DNA from: an uncultured Gemmatimonadales bacterium
Lineage (GTDB): Bacteria; Gemmatimonadota; Gemmatimonadetes; Gemmatimonadales; GWC2-71-9
Direction: 5' to 3'
DNA length: 64,000 bases
Assembly (NCBI GenBank): GCA_963748815.1
Contig: CAVVKJ010000014.1
Location: 128,001 to 192,000 of the forward strand
How positions within the stretch are numbered: position 1 is the first letter of the stretch; every line of letters begins with the position of its first letter. Position numbers and translations under genes: made by a program. The notes beneath the pieces were generated by a model. The model was not told the origin of the DNA. It saw nothing but the letters and a program-made list of their open reading frames with translations, and did not search any database. Shown one piece after another: positions 29,699 through 39,048 of this stretch.

Positions 29699-30859
29699 GT
29701 GAACTGCGTACCCTCCCGAGCCAGTGCCGCCCTGGTGCTCACCCTCCTGGCAGGGTGTGGCGGCGATCGCCCTGATGCCGGCGGAACCACGATCGTCGAC
29801 TCCGCCGGGGTCGAACTGGCCGTCGCGGCCGCCGTCGACCAGCCCCTGGGGTGGACGCTGACCGAACGCTTCCGTCTCGGTGGGGCCGACGACGGACCGG
29901 GCAGCTTCACGTCGGCGAGCATGTGGAACACTGGTACTGACCGGGAAGGCAGGATCTACGTGCTCGATGGTCAGCAGTTCCGGGTGGAGGTGTTCGCGCC
30001 TTCCGGGGAGCACCTTCGCTTTCTCGGTCGGAAGGGGGGCGGGCCGGGGGAAATTGAGTTTCCCATCTCGCTCTTCGTCAGCCCGGCCGGGGTGGCCCAG
30101 GTCTTCGACGCCGGAAAGCTGGCGCTCGTGCGCTGGGACGCCAACGGTGAGCTGTTGCCGCCAATCTCCCTGCAGGGAAGCGCCCCCCGGTTTCCCATCG
30201 CCTATGGGGACACGCTGATTCTCGGCCTGAACGAGGGGGCTGACACCCTGAGGACCACCCGGCTGGTGACCATCGTGGGCGGCGACACCACGACCATCAC
30301 GTCGTTCACGACGCCGACCGGCGCGATGGCCGAGTTCTCCTGCGTGAGTTTCGTCCAACCGCCGGTGTTCTCACCCACCCTGCAGTGGACCACGAATGGG
30401 CGTGCGGTGGCCACGACCCGCCAGGCGTCCTATCAGGTGGACGTGTACGACGGCGCCAGTCTGGTCCGGAGCATCCGGCGGTCAATTCCCTCGAGGCCGA
30501 CGTCGGTAGACGACGTGAAGCGCCTCTATCCGAACGGGATGGAAGTGCATTTCGGCGGTGGGAGAGGATGCACGATTCCCGCGCACGAGATCATGGAAAA
30601 GCAGGGAGTCGCCCCCATGGTGCCACAAATCCGCTCGCTGCGATTCGACCCCCAGGACCGATTGTGGGTGGAGCGGTACACCTTCGCCGATGAGCCCGCG
30701 CTGGTCGACCTGTTTGACGCGAGTGGCCACTACCTCGGCTCGCTGTCCGGCAAGGGCCCCCCGGTCGGGTTCATCGGCACCGACGTGATCCTGTTCGCCC
30801 AGGAAGACGAGGATACCGGTGTGCGGCAGGTCGTGGCGTACCAGGTCACCGGCGGGTAA
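29699..30859 (+). CDS. 6-bladed beta-propeller lipoprotein
   Basis: Lipobox LAG-C; DSAGVE; GRIYVLD, GRKGGGPGE, DRLWVER, DLFDASGHYLG. Confidence 0.8.
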   Translation: MNCVPSRASAALVLTLLAGCGGDRPDAGGTTIVDSAGVELAVAAAVDQPLGWTLTERFRLGGADDGPGSFTSASMWNTGTDREGRIYVLDGQQFRVEVFAPSGEHLRFLGRKGGGPGEIEFPISLFVSPAGVAQVFDAGKLALVRWDANGELLPPISLQGSAPRFPIAYGDTLILGLNEGADTLRTTRLVTIVGGDTTTITSFTTPTGAMAEFSCVSFVQPPVFSPTLQWTTNGRAVATTRQASYQVDVYDGASLVRSIRRSIPSRPTSVDDVKRLYPNGMEVHFGGGRGCTIPAHEIMEKQGVAPMVPQIRSLRFDPQDRLWVERYTFADEPALVDLFDASGHYLGSLSGKGPPVGFIGTDVILFAQEDEDTGVRQVVAYQVTGG

Positions 30860-30892
30860 CACCGGCGGCTCCCGGCTTCCCAGGTGTGGGAA

Positions 30893-30941
30893 ACACGACA
30901 CCCCGCGCAAGCCGGCTGGCTGGGCGGGGTGCTTGTCGTGT
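30893..30941. terminator. Hairpin downstream (minus strand) of the duplicated tRNA-Val 3' end
   Basis: ACACGACA-CCCCGC...GCGGGG-TGCT-TGTCGTGT inverted repeats. Confidence 0.6.
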
Positions 30942-30944
30942 GCA

Positions 30945-30963
30945 ATGGGCGATGAGGGCTCGA
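30945..30963 (-). repeat. Duplicated 3' end of tRNA-Val(CAC) (att-like repeat)
   Basis: ATGGGCGATGAGGGCTCGA versus ATGGGCGATGAGGGGCTCGA at 31731-31750 (one G deleted). Confidence 0.8.
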
Positions 30964-31074
30964 CGAAAAGCGCCCTGGGCATCGATAGGCGGGCGTACCG
31001 AGTGTCTATCGCATGGACGCCGTGTCGGGGCCGGAGGGTCCGGGTCCGCCCGGAGGATTCGCGGTGTGCTTGAG

Positions 31075-31655
31075 GGCCCGAGTTCCCCGTGCAACTGACC
31101 GTTCCAAACGGGTTCCCTGCCGATGCTGGTGCCGCTCTTGGTCGAAGGCAACGACGCACCGTCCGTCCGGGGAGCGCGTGACCGTCGCGGCGGCGGACCA
31201 GGCCGTCGTGGTGGCGCTCAGGAAGGTGACCGTCACCTCGTCGGAGGCGCGGAAAGCCCAGCTCCTCGATATCACTGGTGTAGCTGTTGCTGTCCGCGTA
31301 GAAGTTGTCTTCGGCGTAGGCGAGCCTGTCCAGGTCGTCGTGCGCTCGGTACATCCGGTGCTTCGCCCGGCCCTCGGACCCCATCGCCAAGGGATGGCTG
31401 CGTAGGCCGTTGATCCCAGCGCGACAAGAATCGGCGACCAGGCCACGGCCAGGGACATAGGTGCTTCCGGCGCACGAACAGGACGACCGTGGCAGCGAGC
31501 CAGAGGATCACCACTCCGAGCGCAACGAGGGCCAGGGTGCCACCGGATCGGCCCGTGAAGAATATCACGCCACCGAACCCGAGGAACACAAACCCCCATA
31601 TGAGGGTGAGGAAGACTGCGACAGTGCCCAGCACCGCAATGACGGCTCGTTGCAT
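31075..31655 (-). pseudogene. Frameshifted membrane protein with pilin-like C-terminal domain; 3' end approximate
   Basis: GAGGAG SD and ATG 31655; TM segments, then DDLDRLAYAEDNFYADSNSY..LGF / RASDEVTVTFLSATTTAWSAAAT..RCVV / GTVSC spread over three frames (about 4 shifts). Confidence 0.6.
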
Positions 31656-31731
31656 GAGTTCTCCTCGGGGGTGACACGACGAACGCCCCGCTCAGTCCTC
31701 GAGGGCCAAGCGGGGCAAGTAGTTGCACTGA

Positions 31732-31805
31732 TGGGCGATGAGGGGCTCGAACCCCCGACCTCGCGCATGTGAGGCGCGCGCTCTAACCAGCTGAGCTAAT
31801 CGCCC
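31732..31805 (-). tRNA. tRNA-Val (anticodon CAC), CCA not encoded
   Basis: Reverse complement GGGCGATTAGCTCAGCTGGTTAGAGCGCGCGCCTCACATGCGCGAGGTCGGGGGTTCGAGCCCCTCATCGCCCA, followed by TCA. Confidence 0.95.
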
Positions 31806-31822
31806 GGTGTTTCGGGAGCGGG

Positions 31823-31852
31823 AGTCTAACGGGGGCCGGCACGGTCGGGCAA
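31823..31852 (-). promoter_or_regulatory. Sigma70-type promoter for tRNA-Val
   Basis: TTGCCC-N18-TAGACT on the minus strand, 17 nt before the tRNA. Confidence 0.5.
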
Positions 31853-31864
31853 GTCCGGAAGCGG

Positions 31865-32905
31865 CTAAATCAACCCACCGCGCCGGAGCCGCCCGATCTG
31901 GTCGAAGCGCTCGTCGTGCATCGCCAGCACCTCCTCCGGCGAGACCGTGGCCACCCCCGACTTCCCGACCTCGATCCCCGCCGCGATGTTCGCCAGCTGC
32001 GCCGCCTCCCGCACCGTGGCCCCCGCCGCCAGGCACGTCCCCACCCACGCCGTCACCGTGTCACCGGCTCCCGAGACGTCGTACACCTCCCGCGCCAGCG
32101 AGGGGAGATGGATCGTCTTCTTGTCCTTCGTGACCAGCACCATCCCGTCGGCGCCAAGGGTCAGGAGCAAATTGTCCACCTTGAGTCGGCCCAGCGCCTC
32201 CGGCAGCGCATCCCGGTGCTCGAGGTCCACCGCCGCACCGAGGGCCGCCTCCATCTCCCGCCGGTTCGGCTTGAAGACGGTGGCGCCGGCATAGTCGAAG
32301 AACTGGCGGAACTTCGGGTCCACCACGACCGGAATCCCCCGGGTCTTCGCGACATCCATCGCGGCGCGAATCAGCGCCGGCGCCAGCAACCCCTTGTTGT
32401 AGTCCTCCAGCAGGAGCGCATCGGCGTCGGCCAGCGCTTCCTCGACCTTGGCCCGCACCCGCTCCAGTTCCGCCCCCTCCAGCAGTCGATCGACCTCCTC
32501 GTCGATGCGCACCACCTGCTGGCCCCGGGCCAGCACCCGCGTCTTCGACGTCGTCGGCCGGCCGGCCGTGGTCTCCACAAAGGCGTCGGTGAGCTGCAAC
32601 GTCGCCATCTCGGCGCGGAGCGCCCGGCCGGTCGGGTCGTCACCCACCACGCCGACCAGCCGGCAGGTGGCCCCCATCGCCGCCACGTTGGCCGCGACGT
32701 TGGCGGCCCCACCGAGGGCGGCGCGATGCTCCCGGACACTGACCACCGGCACCGGCGCTTCAGGCGAAAGCCGTTCCGTGTCGCCAATCAGGTAGCGGTC
32801 GAGGATGAGGTCGCCGACCACGACGATGCGGCAGGAACCCATCCGCTCGATGAGCTTCAGGACGCGGTCGCGGGGCATCGGCGGGGGTGGGGAACTGGTG
32901 CGCAC
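31865..32905 (-). CDS. rfaE1: D-glycero-beta-D-manno-heptose-7-phosphate kinase (PfkB family, stand-alone domain)
   Basis: VVGDLILDRY, RLSPEAPVPV, GGAANVA, DYNKG, KPNRRE, DVSGAGDTV. Confidence 0.92.
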   Translation of the reverse strand: MRTSSPPPPMPRDRVLKLIERMGSCRIVVVGDLILDRYLIGDTERLSPEAPVPVVSVREHRAALGGAANVAANVAAMGATCRLVGVVGDDPTGRALRAEMATLQLTDAFVETTAGRPTTSKTRVLARGQQVVRIDEEVDRLLEGAELERVRAKVEEALADADALLLEDYNKGLLAPALIRAAMDVAKTRGIPVVVDPKFRQFFDYAGATVFKPNRREMEAALGAAVDLEHRDALPEALGRLKVDNLLLTLGADGMVLVTKDKKTIHLPSLAREVYDVSGAGDTVTAWVGTCLAAGATVREAAQLANIAAGIEVGKSGVATVSPEEVLAMHDERFDQIGRLRRGGLI

Positions 32906-33021
32906 GGCAGGTCCTCGGAATGGTGGGTGCTGGCAACCCCCGAAACGTGCTTTCAGGCCGGGAAAAGGGGAAGGGGAGCGTCCGACCCCGGCCGCGCCTC
33001 GCTCCGCTATCTTTGAGCCCT

Positions 33022-34074
33022 ATGGCAAGCAACCCCTTCCGCGTCGAATCGACTCGCGGCACCCTCGTCGAGTCGGTCCACGCCGTGTCGCTCGCCGTGA
33101 CGGACGCCGCGGGCACGCTCGTCGCATCGGCGGGAGACCCGGAGATGGTGACGTTCTGGCGCTCCGCCGCCAAGCCGTTCCAGGCGATGCCGATGGTCGC
33201 CGACGGGGCGGCGGACCACTTCGGGCTCGGCCCCGATGCCATTGCGCTCGCCTGTGCTTCCCACTCCAGCGAGCCGGAACAGGTCGACCTGGCGCGGCGG
33301 ATGCTCGCAGCCATCGGCTGCACCGAGGACGACCTGGCGTGCGGACCGCACGCCCCCCTCTCCACCGCCGTCCACGAGCTGGCCCTCCGTTCCGGCACCG
33401 TACTGACGCCCGCCTGGAGCAACTGCTCGGGGAAGCACAGCGGCATGCTGGCCCTCGCCCGTCACCACGGATGGCCGATCGAGGGCTACGAGCGGGCCGG
33501 CCATCCCGCGCAGGACCGCATCCTCGACGAGCTGGTCCGGTGGACCGGCGTCCCGCGCGGGTCGATCGCCCTCGGCGTGGATGGATGCACCACCGTCTGC
33601 TTCGGGATGCCGCTCAGCGCCATGGCGCTGGCCTACGCGCGGTTCGGCGTGAGCGACGAGCCCGCCGCCGTCCGCGTGCGGACGGCGATGCAGGCGCACC
33701 CCGAGCTCGTGGGCGGCACTCGCCGGCTCTGCACCGACCTGATGCGGGAGTCCAGCGGACGCATCGTCGCCAAAATCGGCGCCGAGGGGGTCTACAGCGC
33801 GGCCTGGCCTGAGTTGGGGCTCGGCTTGACCCTGAAGGTGGCGGACGGCGACATGCGAAGTGCGCAGGTGGCGCTTCTGGGTGCACTGTCGAGGCTGGCG
33901 AGGGCATTCAACGCGGAACTGCCGCTCGCGTCCCTCGCCTTGCACGCGGAACCGGTCATTCGCAATACGAAGAAGGAGCCGACCGGCGTGCTCCGCGCCG
34001 CCGGCGATCTGCGCGTTCATGCGCCCCTTGGCGTCCCGACGATGCCGACGACGAACAGCGTGCAGCTATCCTGA
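33022..34074 (+). CDS. Rhizobium-type (class 3, Asparaginase_II) L-asparaginase
   Basis: RGTLVESVH, RSAAKPFQA, CASHS, NCSGKH, DGC, KIGAEG, KVADG. Confidence 0.9.
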   Translation: MASNPFRVESTRGTLVESVHAVSLAVTDAAGTLVASAGDPEMVTFWRSAAKPFQAMPMVADGAADHFGLGPDAIALACASHSSEPEQVDLARRMLAAIGCTEDDLACGPHAPLSTAVHELALRSGTVLTPAWSNCSGKHSGMLALARHHGWPIEGYERAGHPAQDRILDELVRWTGVPRGSIALGVDGCTTVCFGMPLSAMALAYARFGVSDEPAAVRVRTAMQAHPELVGGTRRLCTDLMRESSGRIVAKIGAEGVYSAAWPELGLGLTLKVADGDMRSAQVALLGALSRLARAFNAELPLASLALHAEPVIRNTKKEPTGVLRAAGDLRVHAPLGVPTMPTTNSVQLS

Positions 34075-34716
34075 TGTCGAGCGACGCCCCGCTGGACGCC
34101 CCGACCGTTGGCCCTCCTTCGCCTCGCGGCCGCCGTCGCGGCGGGCGACGAGCCCGCGCTGGCGCGGAGTGCGGCGGAAGCGCTGGAGCTCCAGGTGGAT
34201 CCTGCCTGGATCGAGGAATTGCTGCTGCAGTCGATCCTGATGGTGGGGTACCCCCGGGCACTGGTGGCCTTCGCGACGTGGCGCCAGGTGAGCGGCACGT
34301 CCGCTCCCGCCTCGGATGCCGACGCCGAGTACGCTCGGCTCGCCGAGTGGGAGGTGCGCGGCGTGGCCACCTGTGAAACGGTGTACGGCGGCAACTACGC
34401 GAAGCTCCGCCGCAACGTGCGCGACCTGCACCCCGCGGTCGACCGCTGGATGCTGGTCGAAGGGTACGGCCGGACGCTGGGACGCCCGGGGCTGGACCTG
34501 CGCCGGCGGGAACTCTGTACGGTGGTGCAGACGGCGGTGCTTCGCACCCATCGGCAGCTGCATTCGCACCTGCGCGGGGCGCTGCACGGCGGTGCCACCG
34601 TCGGGCAGGTGGAATCGACCCTGGCAGTGGCGCGGCCGCTCGTTCCCGCCGTGGAGTGGGCCGAAATCGAGAGACTGTGGGTGGCGGTACGCGCCGGCTG
34701 GACGGAGGAGTCCTGA
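34074..34716 (+). CDS. Carboxymuconolactone decarboxylase (CMD/AhpD-like) protein; probable +1 frameshift near 34107
   Basis: ELLLQSILMVGYP, GYGRTLGRPGLD..RELC, QLHSHLRGALHGG; ATG 34074 joins the main frame if one base is removed. Confidence 0.78.
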
Positions 34717-35741
34717 TGTTCATTGATCGTGCAGTGGTGAAAATCATCGCGGGGACCGGCGGCTCCGGTGCCTCGTCCTTTGCGCGCTTCAAGTTCAAGC
34801 CGAAGGGGGGGCCGGACGGCGGCGACGGCGGGCACGGCGGCCACGTGTTCATTCGCGGCGACGCGAACCTCGCCACCCTCCTGGACTATCGCTACCGGAC
34901 CATCTGGAAGGCGGGACGCGGCGAGCACGGGAAGGGAAAGACCAAGACCGGCGCCTCCGCGGACGACATTTACATGCCGGTGCCGCCGGGCACCGTGGTG
35001 CGCGACGTCGAGACCGGCGAGGTGATCGCCGAAATCCTGCACGACGGCGACGTCTTTCGTGTGGCGCGCGGTGGCCGGGGCGGGCGGGGCAACGCGCGCT
35101 TCACCACGCCGACGCACCAGGCCCCGCGGGAATGGGAGCCGGGCGAGGAAGGGCAGGAGCGGGACGTCGAACTGGTGCTCAAGCTCATTGCCGATGTGGG
35201 GCTGGTGGGCGAACCGAACGCCGGCAAGTCCACCCTCCTCTCGGTGCTGAGCGCGGCGCGGCCCAAGATTGCCGACTACCCGTTTACCACGCTCGAGCCG
35301 AATCTCGGCGTGGTGCAACTCTCCGGCTCGCGGACCTTCGTCCTCGCCGATATTCCCGGCATCATCGAGGGAGCGCACGAAGGGAAGGGGCTGGGCCTCA
35401 AGTTCCTGCAGCACGTTGAGCGGACCCGCGTCCTCGCCTTCATGGTGCCGCTGGATGCGCCCGATGCGCAGGCCGTCTATGACCAGCTCCGCGCCGAGGT
35501 GCGCCAGTACTCGGCCACGCTCGCGGAGCGGCCCCATGTCCTCGTGCTCACCAAGCGGGACCTCCTCCCCGAGGGAGACGCCGTCCCCACGCTGGACGCC
35601 CCCGGCGCGGACCGGCAACTCACCATCTCGAGCGCATCCGGGACCGGCCTCGAGGAGTTGAAGGAATACCTTTTCAAGTTCGTGGCGGACGCCCGGGCCC
35701 TGGAGCCGCCGCCATCCGACGACGATTGGCCGCCGGAGTGA
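34716..35741 (+). CDS. obgE: GTPase ObgE
   Basis: MFID, GGPDGGDGGHGG, GEPNAGKSTL, YPFTTLEPNLG, DIPGIIEGA, TKRD. Confidence 0.96.
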   Translation: MFIDRAVVKIIAGTGGSGASSFARFKFKPKGGPDGGDGGHGGHVFIRGDANLATLLDYRYRTIWKAGRGEHGKGKTKTGASADDIYMPVPPGTVVRDVETGEVIAEILHDGDVFRVARGGRGGRGNARFTTPTHQAPREWEPGEEGQERDVELVLKLIADVGLVGEPNAGKSTLLSVLSAARPKIADYPFTTLEPNLGVVQLSGSRTFVLADIPGIIEGAHEGKGLGLKFLQHVERTRVLAFMVPLDAPDAQAVYDQLRAEVRQYSATLAERPHVLVLTKRDLLPEGDAVPTLDAPGADRQLTISSASGTGLEELKEYLFKFVADARALEPPPSDDDWPPE

Positions 35742-36862
35742 ATCGAGGGGAGGTATCCGGTCAGGAGCGCGCGGCGCAGGTGGCGCTCGCCCTGGTCAAC
35801 GGAATCGGGCACGCCCGACGCACCACCCTCCTCGATGCCTGCTCGACTGCCTACGGCGCCCTTTCGGCGCCGTTCGAGTTTTTGCGCGCCCTCCCCGGGA
35901 TTTCCAGCGCCTGCGCCACCGCCATCAAGGCCACCTCCGTCGCCCAGGGTGAGCGAGTCCTCAACGAGGTCGAGGCGCACGGCGGCGTCTGCCTCGTGCC
36001 GGCCGACGCGGTCTATCCCGGGATTCTCACGGACATTCCGGAGCCGCCGGGCGTGTTGTTCGCCCTCGGGCAACTGGAGTTGCTCGACCGACCGGCCGTC
36101 GCGATTGTCGGGAGCCGCAACCATTCCCCTTACGGCGCCGACGCCTGTCGCATCGTGGTGCAGTGCGCGGTTGAGCGCGGGCTCTGCGTCGTGAGCGGGA
36201 TGGCGCGCGGACTCGATGCGGTGGCGCACCTGGCGGCGCTCGATTTGGGGAGGGACACGATCGGCGTCCTCGGCAACGGGTTCGGGGTCATCTACCCCTC
36301 GGCCAACCGGGTGCTCTACGAGCGGATGCGGCGGGAGGGACTGCTGCTCACGGAGTTCCCGCCTGGCAACCGGCCGAACGCAGGGAGCTTCCAGCGTCGA
36401 AACCGGCTCATCAGCGGACTGGCGCGGGTCACTGTGGTGGTCGAGGCGGCGTCGGGGTCAGGGACACTGATCACGGTGGACGCCGCGCTCGCGCAGGGAC
36501 GAGATGTGATGGTGGTGCCCGGTTGCATCACCAGCCCCACCTCCGTCGGCACCAACCGACTCCTCCGCGACGGCGCCACCCCGTTCCTCGAGCCGACGGA
36601 CCTGTGGGCGCTGTATCCGGAGCTGGGTCCTGCGCGCTCCGCCGGGGCCGCGCCCGCGCCTCCGGTCGAGCCTCCGCCCTCGTTGCCCCTCACCTCGTTC
36701 GAACGCCGGGTGTTTCAGACGCTGGACCGCACCCCGCGGCACCTCGATGCACTCATCGAGGTGGTCGGCGCTCCGGCGGCGGACCTCCTGCCGGCGCTCT
36801 CCGCCCTTGAGATGCACGGGGTCGTTCGTCAGGAGGCGGGGCGACGCTTTCTCCGCGCCTGA
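35738..36862 (+). CDS. dprA: DNA-processing protein DprA
   Basis: AIVGSR, VSGMARGLD, RNRLISGL, VVVEA..SGTLIT, C-terminal winged helix. Confidence 0.94.
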   Translation: MNRGEVSGQERAAQVALALVNGIGHARRTTLLDACSTAYGALSAPFEFLRALPGISSACATAIKATSVAQGERVLNEVEAHGGVCLVPADAVYPGILTDIPEPPGVLFALGQLELLDRPAVAIVGSRNHSPYGADACRIVVQCAVERGLCVVSGMARGLDAVAHLAALDLGRDTIGVLGNGFGVIYPSANRVLYERMRREGLLLTEFPPGNRPNAGSFQRRNRLISGLARVTVVVEAASGSGTLITVDAALAQGRDVMVVPGCITSPTSVGTNRLLRDGATPFLEPTDLWALYPELGPARSAGAAPAPPVEPPPSLPLTSFERRVFQTLDRTPRHLDALIEVVGAPAADLLPALSALEMHGVVRQEAGRRFLRA

Positions 36863-36899
36863 CTTTCTTCCACTCGCGCCGGGCTGTACCCTTCCTGCC

Positions 36900-38000
36900 G
36901 TGAACCTCTATATCCACGTTCCGTTCTGCGCCCGCCGATGCAGCTACTGCGATTTCTCGATCGCGGTCCGGAAGCGCGTTCCCTCTCGCCGCTTCGCCGA
37001 GGCGGTGCTGACCGAGTGGCGCGGCGTCCAGGACGACCCGGGATGGGACGCATCGCCGGAGCTTCAGACGGTGTACTTCGGGGGAGGCACCCCGTCACAC
37101 CTCGAACCCGCGGACCTGGCCGCCATCCTCGACGGGCTGCGCGCCGATCGTCGCCTGGCCGCCGACGCCGAGGTGACGCTCGAAGCGAATCCCGACGATG
37201 TCACCCCGGAGGCGGCCGCGTCCTGGCGGGCGGGCGGCATCGCCCGGGTGTCCCTCGGCGTGCAGTCCTTTGCCCCCGGGGTGCTGGCCTGGATGCACCG
37301 GACCCATACGGCCGACCAGGCGCGCGCTGCCGTGCGGACGCTGCGCGGCGCGGGGTTCGCCGACCTGTCGCTGGACCTCATCTATGGGCTCCCTCCCGAG
37401 GCCCCGCGGAATTGGGAGGCCGACCTCGACGAGGCCTTTTCCCTCCAGCCCGACCACCTCTCCTGCTACGGATTGACGATCGAGGCGCACACGCCGCTCG
37501 GGCGCTGGGCCGCCAGGGGCCAGGCGACGCCGGTCGACGAGACGCGGTACGCGGAAGAGTTCCTCCAGTTGAGTCAGGCGCTGGGTGACCGGGGGTGGGA
37601 GCACTACGAGGTCTCGAACGCTTCACGCCCGGGGCACCGGGCGCGGCACAACAGCGGGTACTGGGACGGCACCCCCTATCTCGGCCTCGGTCCCTCGGCG
37701 CACAGCAGTACGGATGGCGAGCGGCGCTGGAACATCCGGGAGTACGCGGCGTGGGACGCCGCGATTCGCGCGGGGGAAGCAACGATTGCCGGGAGGGAAC
37801 GCCTCTCCGCCGACCAGCTGCGCCTCGAGGCGCTCTACCTTGGGCTTCGCACTTCGGCCGGGGCGCCGGCCGGCCTGGTCGCGACCGGGTTGCGGGATCG
37901 CTGGGAAGCCTCGGGGTGGGCAGTCACGTCGGAGGGGCAACTCCGCCTCACCGCCGAGGGGTGGCTGCGGCTCGACGCGTTGGTGGCCGACGCCGCCTGA
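36900..38000 (+). CDS. hemW: Radical SAM heme chaperone HemW
   Basis: LYIHVPFCARRCSYCDF, GGGTPS, EANP, YEVSN..HNSGYW; located upstream of hrcA. Confidence 0.9.
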   Translation: MNLYIHVPFCARRCSYCDFSIAVRKRVPSRRFAEAVLTEWRGVQDDPGWDASPELQTVYFGGGTPSHLEPADLAAILDGLRADRRLAADAEVTLEANPDDVTPEAAASWRAGGIARVSLGVQSFAPGVLAWMHRTHTADQARAAVRTLRGAGFADLSLDLIYGLPPEAPRNWEADLDEAFSLQPDHLSCYGLTIEAHTPLGRWAARGQATPVDETRYAEEFLQLSQALGDRGWEHYEVSNASRPGHRARHNSGYWDGTPYLGLGPSAHSSTDGERRWNIREYAAWDAAIRAGEATIAGRERLSADQLRLEALYLGLRTSAGAPAGLVATGLRDRWEASGWAVTSEGQLRLTAEGWLRLDALVADAA

Positions 38001-38013
38001 TTAGATTCCCCCC

Positions 38014-39048
38014 ATGGCTTCCGCCGAACACCTCACCTCCCGCCAGCTCCACGTCCTCGAGGCGGTCATCCAGACCTATATCGAGACGGCGGAGCCCGCC
38101 GGCAGCCGGACCGTGTCCCAGCGGTTCGGCCTCGGCGTGTCGTCGGCGACGGTCCGGAACATCATGAGCGAACTCGAGGACCAGGGGCTGCTCTATCACC
38201 CGCACACCTCGGCGGGCCGCATCCCGACCGACCTCGCCTACCGGGTGTACGTCGACAGCCTCATGCAGCTGTCGCCTCCGAGTGACGAGGCGCGCCAGAC
38301 GCTCCAGGCGGAACTCCCCGGCTCTCGCAACGCCATGGACCAGCTCCTCCGCCGCACGGCGCAGGTGCTGGGCGTGCTCACCCAGGAACTGGGTGTGGCG
38401 GTCGCCCCGGCGTTCAATCACATCGTGCTGGAGCGGCTCGAGCTGGTCCAGGTGTCGAGCGAGCGCATCCTGATGGTGCTCACCCTGCGAAGCGGCGCCG
38501 TCCGGACGGTCTTTGTCGAAGTGCGGGGGAACATCGCCAAGGCGGCGCTGGAGCGGGTCACGCAGGTGCTGAACGAGCGCCTGGCGGGGCTGACGGTCGA
38601 GGAAATCCGCGTGTCGCTGGCCGAACGGCTGCGCGATGCCACGATGGAGCCGGACAGCCACGAGCTGCTGAACATCTTCCTCGCCGAGCGGGACGAGATC
38701 TTCGACCTCTCCGGGGAGGGACGCGAGGTGGTGCTCGGCGGCGCGGAGTTGCTGGCCGACCAGCCCGAGTTCGCCTCGAACTCGAAGATGCGCGACCTGC
38801 TGCACCTGACCCAGCGCCGCGACCTGCTGCGGACGGCGCTCCAGACCCGGGGCGAAGGACTGACCATCACCATCGGCGGCGAGAACCTCGATCCCCGCCT
38901 CAACGATTTCACGCTGGTCACCGCCTCCTACCGCGCCGGCGAACTGCGCGGCGTCATCGGGGTCCTCGGGCCGACCCGGATGCCCTACGACAAGATCATC
39001 GGGCTGGTCGAACACACGAGCCAGCTCGTCGAAGGATTGCTGACGTGA
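38014..39048 (+). CDS. hrcA: Heat-inducible transcription repressor HrcA
   Basis: SSATVRNIM, HPHTSAGRIPT, GPTRMPY. Confidence 0.96.
   Translation: MASAEHLTSRQLHVLEAVIQTYIETAEPAGSRTVSQRFGLGVSSATVRNIMSELEDQGLLYHPHTSAGRIPTDLAYRVYVDSLMQLSPPSDEARQTLQAELPGSRNAMDQLLRRTAQVLGVLTQELGVAVAPAFNHIVLERLELVQVSSERILMVLTLRSGAVRTVFVEVRGNIAKAALERVTQVLNERLAGLTVEEIRVSLAERLRDATMEPDSHELLNIFLAERDEIFDLSGEGREVVLGGAELLADQPEFASNSKMRDLLHLTQRRDLLRTALQTRGEGLTITIGGENLDPRLNDFTLVTASYRAGELRGVIGVLGPTRMPYDKIIGLVEHTSQLVEGLLT

Larger units (their letters stand above)
30945..31750. mobile_element. tRNA-Val-anchored islet (about 0.8 kb), no integrase
   Basis: Bounded by the tRNA 3' end and its 19-bp duplicate; single decayed cargo gene. 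Confidence 0.7.
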
